Virus record (IMG/VR): IMGVR_UViG_3300038974_000876
Coordinates: 1 to 37,234 of that record
Strand: one strand, 5' to 3'
Length of the DNA: 37,234 bases
Origin: a virus
Taxonomy: Duplodnaviria > Caudoviricetes
The position numbers and the translations under genes were made by a program. The notes under the pieces are model-generated. The model saw nothing but the letters and a program-made list of their open reading frames with translations. It was not told the DNA's origin and did no database searches. Shown here piece by piece: positions 15,690 through 25,305 of this stretch (its first letter is position 1; each line of letters opens with the position of its first letter).

Positions 15690-15833
15690 AGTGACAACCA
15701 TCTTATTCAAGTTACGTTTGATTAAATCAAAAACGCCCCACAATCAATTCGGCTGGGAAAATGGCTACATCTGGGCGGTAATTTTCTTGACACTGTTTAT
15801 AAACATGTTTTTGCGCGAAGGAGGGCTAAAATA

Positions 15834-17405
15834 ATGGCGCTGGTCGACCAGTTTGGACGCCCGATCGATATGTCCACCCTGAAAAAAGAAATTTCCGCAC
15901 CCACGCTTGCCGGTATTCGGACGATCTGGACCGAGACGGTGGCCTCCGGGTTAACGCCTCAGAAGCTGGCCCGGTTGCTGAGGGAGGCTGCCGATGGCAA
16001 TCATGACAGTTATCTGGCGCTGGCCGAGGAAATGGAGGAACGCAATCTCCATTACGCCGCCGAGCTAGCCAAACGCAAGCTGGCGGTCTCGTTGTTGCCG
16101 ATAACCGTCGAAGCCTACAGCGATGATCAAAAAGATCAGGACCTGGCCGATGCCGTGCGCGCTGTTATACGTCGTCCGGGGATGCGCAGCATGATCAAGA
16201 ATTTATTGGACGGCATTGCCAAAGGATATTCAGTTTGCGAGATTCTCTGGGACCGCTCCGGTCCCCAGTGGATCCCATCATTCAAATGGCGCGATCCGCG
16301 TTTCTTTGTCTTCGATCGAATCAGCAGGTCTGAGATCAGGCTGCGTGACGAAGCAAACCCATCGGAAGGCATACCGCTCGCGCCATACAAATTCCTAAAA
16401 CATATCCCCGTGATCAAATCGGGGATCCCCATACGCAACGGTCTGGCATTTCTGGTCGCGTGGGCATTCATGTGCGCCGGATACACGGACAAAGACTGGC
16501 TGGCGTTTGCCGAAGTATTTGGGATGCCGCTGCGCATGGGCAAATACGCCGCCGGTGCGCAGGAAAAAGACATTGCCATCCTCAAAATGGCCGTGGCCAA
16601 TCTCGGAAGCGATGCCGCCGCAGTATTCCCGGAATCGATGAAAATTGAATTAGTCGAAGCGGCCAAATCCGGCAGTAATGATTTCTATGAAAAACTGGCC
16701 CGACACCTGAACGATATGATCAGCGAGGCGGTTGTCGGCCAGACAGCATCATCCGGCGGTACGCCCGGACGCCTGGGAGAAGACAAACTGCAAGCCCAGG
16801 TGCGCGAGGATATCCGCGATGACGACGCCATGCAGCTTGAAGAAACCCTGAACATGTACCTCGTGCGCCCGTTTATCGATCTGAATTTCGGCCCGCAGGA
16901 AAACTACCCGGCCATATTGCTGAGGGAGCCGAAGCAGGAGGATATCACAACCCTGGCGGACGCCCTGGACAAGCTCGTTCCTTTGGGACTCCGGGTCTCT
17001 CAATCCGTTGTCCGGGATAAGATGGGACTGCCCGATCCCGGCAATGATGAAGAATGCCTGTCGGCCAGTTCGGCGCAGCCCGATCCCGATAAAGAAAAAC
17101 AACCTCCGGAAAAAGCCGCCAACCGCCAGCAGCGGGCGCTGAATCAGGAAGGCGCGGACGATGCCGACGCCGTGGACGATATCGTGGATGATCAGCTTGC
17201 GGACTGGGAACCGGTTATTGATCCCCTGTTATCGCCATTGCAGGAGCTGGTTGACGAATTGATTCAGGGCGGCGGCACGCTGGAGGACCTGCGCGGCAGA
17301 ATCGCGGAACTCTACGCCAGGCAGGACGCCGAAAAATTAATCAACGATCTGGCGGCGGCGATGCTCAAGGCGCGTGCGATGGGCGACGCGACGGACGAGG
17401 TTTAG
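15834..17405 (+). CDS. Portal protein (Mu gp29 / DUF935)
   Basis: LVDQFGRPI, LAEEMEE, DWLAFAEVFGMPLRMGKY, ISEAVVGQT. Confidence 0.93.
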   Translation: MALVDQFGRPIDMSTLKKEISAPTLAGIRTIWTETVASGLTPQKLARLLREAADGNHDSYLALAEEMEERNLHYAAELAKRKLAVSLLPITVEAYSDDQKDQDLADAVRAVIRRPGMRSMIKNLLDGIAKGYSVCEILWDRSGPQWIPSFKWRDPRFFVFDRISRSEIRLRDEANPSEGIPLAPYKFLKHIPVIKSGIPIRNGLAFLVAWAFMCAGYTDKDWLAFAEVFGMPLRMGKYAAGAQEKDIAILKMAVANLGSDAAAVFPESMKIELVEAAKSGSNDFYEKLARHLNDMISEAVVGQTASSGGTPGRLGEDKLQAQVREDIRDDDAMQLEETLNMYLVRPFIDLNFGPQENYPAILLREPKQEDITTLADALDKLVPLGLRVSQSVVRDKMGLPDPGNDEECLSASSAQPDPDKEKQPPEKAANRQQRALNQEGADDADAVDDIVDDQLADWEPVIDPLLSPLQELVDELIQGGGTLEDLRGRIAELYARQDAEKLINDLAAAMLKARAMGDATDEV

Positions 17406-17407
17406 GC

Positions 17408-18409
17408 ATGGCAGCAAAAAAGAAATACGAACCCGGCCCCGCGCCGAAAGAGGCCGTGGACTACATCAAAAACAAAGGCTGGAAGCCCGGCTGGGATTAC
17501 CGCGATGTCTGGCGAGAGGAACACGCTGTGAGTTTTACCGTGGCAAAGGCCACGCAGATCGAAGTGAATGACGTCCTTCGCGCGGAAGTTGAACGCGCGA
17601 TTGAGGAAGGCATCACACTGCGGGAATTTCAAACCACATTAAAGCCGCGCCTGCAACGGCTCGGCTGGTGGGGCAGAAAGGATCAGATTGATCCCTTGAC
17701 CGGCGAAATCAAAAACGTACAACTGGGCAGCCCGCGCAGATTGAAAGTGATATTCGATGTCAACTGCCGCACAGCCCGCGCCGCCGGACAATGGCAGCGC
17801 GCCGAGCGCACGAAAAAGACACTGCCCTATTTACTATACCAGGTCGGCTCGGCGAAAAAGCACAGGCCCGAACACCTGGGCTGGAACGGAACCCTGCTGC
17901 CTATTGATGATCCCTGGTGGGATACGCACCTGCCGATCAATGCCTACGGTTGCCACTGTCACGTACGGCAGGTGAGCCGCAGTGAATTCCAGCGGCTGAA
18001 AAAAAACGGAATACCCGATCCCGCCGCGCCGATGGAGATCAATCCCGAAACCGGACTGCGCACAGGCCGCCGCGTCAAGCGCATGACGCCTGTAAAAACC
18101 ACCGCGCCGCCGATCAAATACCGGGATTGGAAAAATAAACGAACCGGCGAGACGATCAAAGTTCCCATCGGCATTGATCCGGGCTTCGATACCAATCCCG
18201 GCAAATTAAGATTGAAAAACGCCGGTGAATTTCTGGCCGGTAAATTAACAGGCAGCGCCAATACCTCGCTGGCGCAGGTGGCCGCGAGGGACATTGTCAG
18301 CTCGGTGACATTCGCGGACATGGCCGAGGAAACCCGGCAGCCGATCATGCAGGCGGCTGCAAAACTATTAGGCCGGAACGTCCTGCAAAAATTAATGAGT
18401 CCACGCTAA
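17408..18409 (+). CDS. Head morphogenesis protein (Mu gpF/gp30)
   Basis: EHAVSFTVAK, LGWWG, GSPRRLKVIF, DDPWWDTHLPINAYGCHC, IDPGFDTNPG. Confidence 0.93.
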   Translation: MAAKKKYEPGPAPKEAVDYIKNKGWKPGWDYRDVWREEHAVSFTVAKATQIEVNDVLRAEVERAIEEGITLREFQTTLKPRLQRLGWWGRKDQIDPLTGEIKNVQLGSPRRLKVIFDVNCRTARAAGQWQRAERTKKTLPYLLYQVGSAKKHRPEHLGWNGTLLPIDDPWWDTHLPINAYGCHCHVRQVSRSEFQRLKKNGIPDPAAPMEINPETGLRTGRRVKRMTPVKTTAPPIKYRDWKNKRTGETIKVPIGIDPGFDTNPGKLRLKNAGEFLAGKLTGSANTSLAQVAARDIVSSVTFADMAEETRQPIMQAAAKLLGRNVLQKLMSPR

Positions 18410-18432
18410 GAGCAAGCGCAGCGACGCGGGAT
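18395..18432 (+). repeat. Family A element, copy 6 (internally deleted)
   Basis: atgagtccacgctaagagcaagcgcagcgacgcgggat: both ends present, core missing. Confidence 0.7.
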
Positions 18433-18448
18433 AGAAGGAGGCAATCAA

Positions 18449-19453
18449 ATGAAACTTGAATTTTTGAAAGCAATCAATACCCAGGACGGCATTCCCAGGG
18501 GCGTTGCCCTGAATATCGAATTGACGGCGGATGGTAATGTCCCCGAGTGGATCCAGTTACTGCCCTCTGGCTCGGTCGTCAAAGGACGCGACGGAAGAAC
18601 ATGGCTTAACGACAGGCCGGATAATCTTCTGTCGGCGTTTAACGCCGACGGTCAGGATCTGCCGATTGACTGGGAACACGCCTCAGAACTCAGGGCGCCC
18701 AAAGGTGAGCAGGCGCCCGCTGCCGGATGGATGAAGGCGCTGGAAATGCGCAACGGCGAAATATGGGCACGTGTGGAATGGACGCCGCAAGCCGTGGAGC
18801 ATATCGGCAACAAGGAATACCGCTACATCAGCCCGGTATTCAATTACGAGACAGACACACGGAGAATTGTCCAGATAACATCGGCGGGGTTGACCAACCA
18901 ACCCAACCTGCATCTGGTCGCGCTAAATAACACGACAAAAAGGGAAAAGGAGGAAACTATGGAATTAGCACAATTGCTGGCGGCGCTGGGATTACCGGCT
19001 ACCGCGACGTTTGCCGAGGCGCTCAATCGCATCGGCTCAATCAAACAGGACCATGAGACAGCCCTCAACCGGGCGGAAAATCCTCCCCTGGATAAATTTG
19101 TGCCCAGGGCGGATTACGACAAGGCGCTTGAGCGCGCCACCAACGCGGAAACATCACTCAAGAAAAAAGATGCTGACGCGCTGGAGACCGCCATCAACAC
19201 TGAGATCGACGACGCCCTGAAGGCGGGCAAGATCACACCGGCCACCGCCGATTACCACAAGGCGCAGTGCAGGCAGGAAGGCGGCCTGGAACGGTTTAAA
19301 GCGTATGTGGCCGCCGCTCCCGTCATCGCGGGCAACACGGATCTCGATAATCAGGATCCCAATAGAGATGGAAAAGGTTTGGATGACGCGCAGAAAGCCA
19401 TCAACTCGATGTGCGGTATCGATGATGAGACATTTAAAAAATTTAACAAGTGA
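18449..19453 (+). CDS. Prohead protease (Mu gpI) with in-frame scaffold (gpZ-like) start at 18959
   Basis: LPIDWEH, APAAGW, VEWTP, EYRYISPVF, AGLTNQPNL; internal AAGGAGG...ATG in frame. Confidence 0.93.
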   Translation: MKLEFLKAINTQDGIPRGVALNIELTADGNVPEWIQLLPSGSVVKGRDGRTWLNDRPDNLLSAFNADGQDLPIDWEHASELRAPKGEQAPAAGWMKALEMRNGEIWARVEWTPQAVEHIGNKEYRYISPVFNYETDTRRIVQITSAGLTNQPNLHLVALNNTTKREKEETMELAQLLAALGLPATATFAEALNRIGSIKQDHETALNRAENPPLDKFVPRADYDKALERATNAETSLKKKDADALETAINTEIDDALKAGKITPATADYHKAQCRQEGGLERFKAYVAAAPVIAGNTDLDNQDPNRDGKGLDDAQKAINSMCGIDDETFKKFNK

Positions 19454-19495
19454 AATGTGAAAGGTGAAGTTTTCCACCATTCACAATTAACTATT
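19450..19495. repeat. Heptamer tract with inverted counterpart
   Basis: gtgaaat gtgaaag gtgaagt ... caccatt cacaatt aactatt. Confidence 0.8.
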
Positions 19496-19512
19496 TTCGA
19501 AGGAGGTTACAA

Positions 19513-20502
19513 ATGTTACATTTAATCGGATTAATTATAGCGGCGTTTTTTATCTTGCTGCTCACATTTTTGTCAGACCCAAATCGTAAAAATCGCAAAG
19601 GGATTTGGGGCGGGCCGTTGCTCAATCAGCGCGGCGCATTAACAGCCGACCAAAAAACGGAATACAAAGAAGGCGTGGAAGTTCCTGTTCCCGTGGCGGC
19701 GACAACTAAAATCTTTGCAGGCGCATGGGCCTGCGTAAACGCGGCAGGTTTTATGGTTCCCGGCGCGGATACCGCAGCGCTGATCTTCCAGGGTATATCC
19801 CGTCAATACGTTGATAATTTGCTAGGCGGCAACGGCGACTTGACCGGCACCGTGAGACGACGCGGCCTGGTTAAGGCAACGCTGGGACACGCCATCACGC
19901 AGGCCAACATCGGCGACAATGTTTTTCTGGTTGACGATGAGACCGTTGATCTCGCCGCCAACGTCACTCACCTGATCTTCTGCGGCGTGATTGCCGAGTA
20001 TATCGATAGCACTCACGCATTTATCGATATCGAACCGGCTATCCGGCAGGCTGACGTCGCCACGCACATTGCCGATTCATCCGCCGCGCACGCCGCCTCG
20101 GCCATCAGCATCGCCGACGCGGGCAGCTATACCGCGCAGACAACCGTCGAAGCCGCTTTGCAAGAACTCTATCCGAAGGCCCCTGTCGCTATTACCGATC
20201 CGGGCGCATCCGGAGCAATCCCTGTTACCAAGTCGGGCACGGTTGCCATCACAACAGAGGCAGCCGAAACCAGAACGCTGGCCATTCCCGGACTTGCCGG
20301 AATTGAGATTGCCATCAGCCTGGATGTTGACGGAGGCGACTGCGTAATCACCGCAGCATCAGCCATCAATCAGGCCGGTAACAACACGATCACGTTGGGC
20401 GACGCTGGCGATACCATCGTGCTCAAGGCGATTCAGAAAGCGGGCGCACTGGTGTGGCGCGTAGTCGTCAATGACGGATGCTCACTGTCCACGGTGGGTT
20501 AA
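19513..20502 (+). CDS. Head decoration/cement-like protein with N-terminal membrane leader and C-terminal extra domain
   Basis: Between gpI and gpT; ALTAD...VPVAATTKIFAGA...NIGDNVFLVDDETV core; AGGAGG SD. Confidence 0.7.
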   Translation: MLHLIGLIIAAFFILLLTFLSDPNRKNRKGIWGGPLLNQRGALTADQKTEYKEGVEVPVPVAATTKIFAGAWACVNAAGFMVPGADTAALIFQGISRQYVDNLLGGNGDLTGTVRRRGLVKATLGHAITQANIGDNVFLVDDETVDLAANVTHLIFCGVIAEYIDSTHAFIDIEPAIRQADVATHIADSSAAHAASAISIADAGSYTAQTTVEAALQELYPKAPVAITDPGASGAIPVTKSGTVAITTEAAETRTLAIPGLAGIEIAISLDVDGGDCVITAASAINQAGNNTITLGDAGDTIVLKAIQKAGALVWRVVVNDGCSLSTVG

Positions 20503-20570
20503 CAACACGTGATGCGTGAATCGTTTCCTGTTCATGCTTCACTATTCAAATAAATTAACGGAGGATTAAT

Positions 20571-21452
20571 ATGATAATCAATCAGGCAAATATTCAAGGT
20601 TTATATAATACCTTCAAAGTTATCTTCAATCAGGCCTTCGATGGCGCGCCCAGTCAGTGCGACCTCGTGGCCATGCGTGTCCCGTCGAGTGGTAAGGAAC
20701 AGGGTTATCCCTGGCTCGGTGGATTCCCCATGATGCGGGAATGGATCGGTGATCGTGTCATCAAGGATTTATCTCTGTTTGACTACACAATCAAAAACAA
20801 AAAATTTGAGAGCACTGTCTCGGTCAAAGGTGATGACATCAGGGATGATCAGATCGGCGTTTACACGCCTATGTTCCAGGGGCTTGCTCAGGCAGCCAAA
20901 GAACACCCGGACATCCTTGTGTTCGGATTGCTCAAATTAGCATTCTCCTCATTGTGCTACGACGGCCAGTATTTCTGCGATACCGATCATCCGTGGGGTG
21001 ATACCGTAGTCAGCAATAGCGGCGGCGGCTCCGGTGCGCCCTGGTTTTTGATGGATCTGCGCCGACCGATAAAACCGATCATCCTTCAGATCAGGCAGAA
21101 ACCCCAACTGATCGCTAAGGATGATCCCCGCGACGATAAGGTTTTTATGCGGGATGAATTCGTCTATGGCATCGATGACCGCAAAAACGTCGGATTCGGC
21201 CTGTGGCAGCTCTGCTACGGCAGCAAACAGACTCTGGACGCCACCAGTTACGCGGCAGCCCGCGCGGCCATGATGTCCTTCACGCGTGAAGACGGCGTGA
21301 CACCGTTGGGCATTATCCCGACACATCTGATCCACGGCCCGACGCTGGAATCAACAGCGAGAACCGTCATTGATGCGGCCAATCAGGCAGGAGGCGCCAG
21401 TAACATCTGGTACAACACGGTTAAAACCGTCAACGTTCCCTGGCTGGCGTAA
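20571..21452 (+). CDS. Major capsid protein (Mu gpT)
   Basis: YPWLGGFPMMREWIGDR, CYDGQYFCDTDHP, PWFLMD, GFGLWQL. Confidence 0.95.
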   Translation: MIINQANIQGLYNTFKVIFNQAFDGAPSQCDLVAMRVPSSGKEQGYPWLGGFPMMREWIGDRVIKDLSLFDYTIKNKKFESTVSVKGDDIRDDQIGVYTPMFQGLAQAAKEHPDILVFGLLKLAFSSLCYDGQYFCDTDHPWGDTVVSNSGGGSGAPWFLMDLRRPIKPIILQIRQKPQLIAKDDPRDDKVFMRDEFVYGIDDRKNVGFGLWQLCYGSKQTLDATSYAAARAAMMSFTREDGVTPLGIIPTHLIHGPTLESTARTVIDAANQAGGASNIWYNTVKTVNVPWLA

Positions 21453-21461
21453 GTTAAACTG

Positions 21462-21496
21462 CACTGGATTGCCCGGCTTGACCGGGCAATCCAGTG
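21462..21496. repeat. Perfect 15-bp-arm palindrome related to family B
   Basis: cactggattgcccgg cttga ccgggcaatccagtg. Confidence 0.85.
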
Positions 21497-21522
21497 ATTA
21501 AAAAAAATAATGGAGGTTATCA

Positions 21523-21690
21523 ATGAAAATATCAGTGCGATCCATACCGAAAACATTCAATCGTGCCGGTGAAAAATTCACGCAAACACCGCGCGTGCTC
21601 GACGTCGACAACAAAAAATACGCAGCGATTAAAGCCGAGCCGATGCTGATCGTCGAGGACGTGAAGGAAGATAAAAAATCCGACAAGTAG
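21523..21690 (+). CDS. Mu gp35 / HI1506-like small protein (55 aa, below ORF-track cutoff)
   Basis: GGAGG SD; FNRAGEKF...IKAEPMLIVE motif; follows gpT. Confidence 0.8.
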   Translation: MKISVRSIPKTFNRAGEKFTQTPRVLDVDNKKYAAIKAEPMLIVEDVKEDKKSDK

Positions 21691-21709
21691 AGGAATTAAT
21701 CCCAGCTAG

Positions 21710-21742
21710 AAGCTCCCTCCTGAGGGGTGGGAGGGGGCTTTT
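21710..21742 (+). terminator. Possible terminator hairpin
   Basis: aagctccctcc/ggagggggctt stem with a short T run. Confidence 0.5.
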
Positions 21743-21745
21743 GTG

Positions 21746-21792
21746 GTGAGATCAATTTGAGCGCAAGTTTACGCAGCGCAGCGGATGGGGAC
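21746..21792 (+). repeat. Family A element, copy 7 (partial, 3' end)
   Basis: agcgcagcggatggggacaa identical to the 3' end of copy 1. Confidence 0.7.
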
Positions 21793-21810
21793 AAGGACCA
21801 GATTAAAATT

Positions 21811-22266
21811 ATGAGCTTTTTCAAAATCGAAAAATCGGGGTGCAATGTGCGGAAAGGCTTGCTGCAAGTCCGCTACGATCTGTTCTGGGACGAGGCCGAT
21901 CCGGAATATAAGCTAATTGAAGTTCCGATAATTCCGCCTGAGGGCTATACCGGAGAAGAAACAGACGAAGCGTATCAATCATGGGAAGAATCTCTCCCGA
22001 CGCAATTCATCAATCTGCCATTTTGTTTGCACTTCGTTTTTTACGATCCGACCGTGACGGACGAGGAAATCCTGTTCGTCGGTGAACTCGCTCTGGACAT
22101 GGCCGAGAAAAATTATCGCGCCGGAGATATTTTGAAAAATAAAAACATGAAATTCGACTGGAAACCGTGGTGGGAAGGAACAACAGAAGTCGAGCGGCGG
22201 CTCGAAGCCGTTAAGGCTCTGGATGTCGCCACCGTGAACAACGCGAATTTGTATCGGGTGAAATAA
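21811..22266 (+). CDS. Hypothetical acidic protein (non-Mu insertion)
   Basis: Clean ORF; start moved to ATG 21811; no family recognised. Confidence 0.65.
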   Translation: MSFFKIEKSGCNVRKGLLQVRYDLFWDEADPEYKLIEVPIIPPEGYTGEETDEAYQSWEESLPTQFINLPFCLHFVFYDPTVTDEEILFVGELALDMAEKNYRAGDILKNKNMKFDWKPWWEGTTEVERRLEAVKALDVATVNNANLYRVK

Positions 22267-22776
22267 ATGGCAGAAATAGTATGTGGAATACCGTTAGACC
22301 CGACGAATTGGTCAATTCTTAAATATGGCTACACGTACATGGAGCGTGCAGTCGGAGCTGCGGACGGCAAGGGCATATTAGATGCTGCGTCATTTGCAGC
22401 GCGGGCATCTATCACTGCACGTATCGGCACATTATATGGAAGTGGCTTATCCTGGACATCGAGAGATTCCGTCGACATTGGATATTTTTCTGGTTACGGA
22501 CCATTTACCGTGACCGGATTGAGCATTGACGTTGAGGTTGGAGATATTCCTGCTGTTTATGTATCTGCTGGCGGTGCCTCCAAAACCCGATTGGGTACAT
22601 CCAGCATCTGTAAAACTGCGGGCAATGCATTCGATGGGACTGCCAAAACATATACCGTCAATTCCACGGCGGGCCCATTACAGTTACATATGACCGGAGA
22701 AGAAGCCTCGGTCGGAAGCAAAGCGTTTATGCACTATTACAATAATTTAATGGCAAAAGGAATCGGGAGACAATGA
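22267..22776 (+). CDS. Hypothetical Gly/Ser/Thr-rich beta protein (possible virion appendage)
   Basis: TAAATG junction; composition typical of beta-rich structural domains. Confidence 0.6.
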   Translation: MAEIVCGIPLDPTNWSILKYGYTYMERAVGAADGKGILDAASFAARASITARIGTLYGSGLSWTSRDSVDIGYFSGYGPFTVTGLSIDVEVGDIPAVYVSAGGASKTRLGTSSICKTAGNAFDGTAKTYTVNSTAGPLQLHMTGEEASVGSKAFMHYYNNLMAKGIGRQ

Positions 22777-23738
22777 TAAAAAACACTGCAAATCAAAAAT
22801 GGATCGTGTTTGCGTTTGATTCTACAACCGGCCTGGCCAAGACCGGCGATGCAGCGCAGATCACGGCCAACCTGCGCAAAGACTACGGCGACGCGGCGGC
22901 AATAACCGACACGAATCCAACAGAGCTTGAAGACGGCTACTATGCGTTTGATCTGTCTCAGGCGGAGACGAACGCGGACCATCTTCTGTTATGTCCAGCA
23001 AGCTCAACAGCTAATATCGTCGTGATTGGTTGCCCTGCGGTAATTTATACCGAGCCGACAGGCCGCAAATATTCAGCCACTCTGGCCGCTGCTGATGTGT
23101 CCGGCAATATCCCGGTCGATACTGCCGCCATTCAAAACGGCCTGGCGACGGCGGAAAATCAGGAGACGATTATCAGCAATCAGGAAACGATCAACACAAA
23201 TATCGGTGGAATACCGGTGGCGGTGTGGGCGGTAACAACGCGGACGCTCACGTCATTCGGCACGCTGGTGGCGGATATCGCGGCGGCGGTGTGGGGATAT
23301 CTCACCAGCGCACTGACAGTTACCGGATCAATCGGCAAACTTTTAACCGACAACGTGGACGCCCCTGTCTCCGAGCGCGGCATGATCCTGCCGGTCATGA
23401 CAGGCAGGGCATATTCCGCCACGATCCTCCAGAATCGCACGGTCGAGATTGTCCAGGGCGACACGCCGACACTGACATTTGATTTTAATACGGACTACAC
23501 CGGTTGGACGCCTTATTTCGGCGCGAAATCCAAACTGGCCGATGAGGATTACGCTATAGATCCCAAAGCGGCAACGTGGACGGACGCGGCTGAAGGCCAG
23601 GGCTATGTTGTCCTTACCGCCGCTGATACGGCAACGGTCGGAAAGTTTTTGGGCGAGATCGAACTCCGCAACGGCGACAGCAGACACACGCCGATCAAGT
23701 TTACTTTGATAATTGTGGGGGCGGTGATAACAGAATGA
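22773..23738 (+). CDS. Virion structural protein with C-terminal BppU-like Ig-fold domain
   Basis: VEIVQGDTPTLTF...DAAEGQGYVVLTAADTATVGKFLGEIEL; AVW repeats. Confidence 0.6.
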   Translation: MIKNTANQKWIVFAFDSTTGLAKTGDAAQITANLRKDYGDAAAITDTNPTELEDGYYAFDLSQAETNADHLLLCPASSTANIVVIGCPAVIYTEPTGRKYSATLAAADVSGNIPVDTAAIQNGLATAENQETIISNQETINTNIGGIPVAVWAVTTRTLTSFGTLVADIAAAVWGYLTSALTVTGSIGKLLTDNVDAPVSERGMILPVMTGRAYSATILQNRTVEIVQGDTPTLTFDFNTDYTGWTPYFGAKSKLADEDYAIDPKAATWTDAAEGQGYVVLTAADTATVGKFLGEIELRNGDSRHTPIKFTLIIVGAVITE

Positions 23739-23759
23739 AAAGATTTTTTAAATGTACCA

Positions 23760-23847
23760 ATCCCCATCCGTCCCGACACGTCGGGACTGCGGGGATAATT
23801 CGCTCAGCAAATTTTAGCGCGCTGCGCTTCTAAAACTTGGAGCTCAT
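23760..23847 (-). repeat. Family A element, copy 8
   Basis: Reverse complement aligns end to end with copy 5; near-identical to copy 9. Confidence 0.92.
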
Positions 23848-23848
23848 T

Positions 23849-24256
23849 ATGTACGCAACACAACAGGACATGATTGACAGATACGGGGATGACGATCTGA
23901 TCATCGCTGCCGATCACGACGGCGACGGCGTGGCGGACGCGGCGGTCGTCACGCAGGGACTTTCCGACGCGACGGATCTGATTAATAGCTATGTCGGGAA
24001 AAGAGAGACGCTGCCGCTGGCCACAGTTCCGGCGGTGCTCAAGCGCCTGTGCGTGGACATAGCGCTGTATCTCATGTCCAAGCCTCCGGCGATCACGGAA
24101 GAAAAGCGCAAACGTTATGATGACGCAGTCAAACTATTGCAGGCGATCAGCGACGGCAAAGTTTCCCTGGGAATCAGCGCGTCCGGCGAACCTGCGGTAA
24201 CAACCGGCGGCGCGAGTTTTACGGCGAAGGATAGATTGTTTAAGAGGAGACATTAA
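23849..24256 (+). CDS. Head-tail adaptor (Mu gp36 / DUF1320)
   Basis: MYATQQDMIDRYG...LPLATVPAVLKRLCVDIALY...RYDDAVKLLQAISDGKVSLG. Confidence 0.92.
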   Translation: MYATQQDMIDRYGDDDLIIAADHDGDGVADAAVVTQGLSDATDLINSYVGKRETLPLATVPAVLKRLCVDIALYLMSKPPAITEEKRKRYDDAVKLLQAISDGKVSLGISASGEPAVTTGGASFTAKDRLFKRRH

Positions 24257-24260
24257 AACA

Positions 24261-24295
24261 GTAAAAAGTGAATAGTGAATGGTGAATAGTAAAAT
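24261..24295 (+). repeat. Heptamer tract
   Basis: gtaaaaa gtgaata gtgaatg gtgaata gtaaaat fills the intergenic gap. Confidence 0.85.
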
Positions 24296-24742
24296 ATGTC
24301 CGGAGCTTTATTAACATACGATTTTCGCGGTCTGGATGCCGTGCAAAAACGCATCAACCGCCTGGCCAAAATGCACTGGCCGGGGCTGCTGGATGTTGTG
24401 GGCGCAACGGTGGAACTCCAGACGCGCCGCAGGATCGAAGACGAAAAAACAAATCCGCAAGGCGTCGCCTGGCCCGCATGGTCGGAGGACTACTCCGCAA
24501 AGCGCCCAGAGGGCAGAACTCTCCTGATGAATGAAGATCATCTGCTGGATTCGATCACGTTTATACGCGATGGCTCCAAAGGCGTGAAGGTCGGCTCCAA
24601 TATGATCTACGCGGCAACGCATCAATACGGCGATGAAGATCGCAACATTCCGACGCGCGCGTATCTGGGCGTGTCGGAGGACAACGAAAAAGATTTGATC
24701 GATGCGATTGATGAATATCTGGACGGGGTAATTAACGGATGA
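24296..24742 (+). CDS. Virion morphogenesis protein (Mu gpG-like)
   Basis: PQGVAWPAWS...VGSNMIYAATHQYG...IPTRAYLGVS. Confidence 0.9.
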   Translation: MSGALLTYDFRGLDAVQKRINRLAKMHWPGLLDVVGATVELQTRRRIEDEKTNPQGVAWPAWSEDYSAKRPEGRTLLMNEDHLLDSITFIRDGSKGVKVGSNMIYAATHQYGDEDRNIPTRAYLGVSEDNEKDLIDAIDEYLDGVING

Positions 24743-25305
24743 ATCTCGACGATGTACGCACGGCAATAGTGGATACGCTCAAAAATGACGCGGTGCTCAC
24801 GGCGCTAAGTGTGGATGTCCGCGCGCATCGCGGACGCTTCACGATGGAGGATTTAAAAATCATCGCGGCGCGGCCCATGTCCTGCCTGGTGTCGTTTCTT
24901 TCGGTGAGGCGCGCGGAGCTACAGGCGGGCGAAGTGCAATGCCAGTGTCTGTTTGGCGCGTTTGTCGTGACAACCGACAAGCCTAATGTCTCGCGCGATT
25001 CAGCCGCGCTGGTGATATCCACCAGATTATTAATGCTCATTCCCGGCAATCTTTTCGGACTGGATATATCCGCGCCCGAAAATATCGAGGCCGTGAATTT
25101 ATATTCCGGCAGTCTCAACGAAAAAGGCGTCGCGCTCTGGGCTGTAACGTGGGAGCAGCCTGTGGCGTTCGATGTGACCGACCTCAACGATGATTCGATT
25201 CTCGATGATTTTCTGAGGTTCCATGCCGATTGGGATCTCGGCCCGGAACCGGACGGCCAGATCGAAGCCCGCGATGAAGTAGATCTGGAAGGCCCAGCAG
25301 AATAG
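24739..25305 (+). CDS. Tail terminator (Mu gp37-like)
   Basis: Position; AHRGRF...NLYSGSLNEKGVALWAVTWEQ...DFLRFHADW. Confidence 0.75.
   Translation: MNLDDVRTAIVDTLKNDAVLTALSVDVRAHRGRFTMEDLKIIAARPMSCLVSFLSVRRAELQAGEVQCQCLFGAFVVTTDKPNVSRDSAALVISTRLLMLIPGNLFGLDISAPENIEAVNLYSGSLNEKGVALWAVTWEQPVAFDVTDLNDDSILDDFLRFHADWDLGPEPDGQIEARDEVDLEGPAE

Noticed and set aside
15595-15834. 79-aa ORF between terL and portal
   Set aside because: Its first third is family A copy 5, it lacks a clear SD, and it has no recognisable motif; probably non-coding.
20508-20549. Additional heptamer hairpin before gpT (cgtgatgcgtgaa...ttcatgcttcactattca)
   Set aside because: Probably a decayed member of the family, but too degenerate to list as a supported feature.
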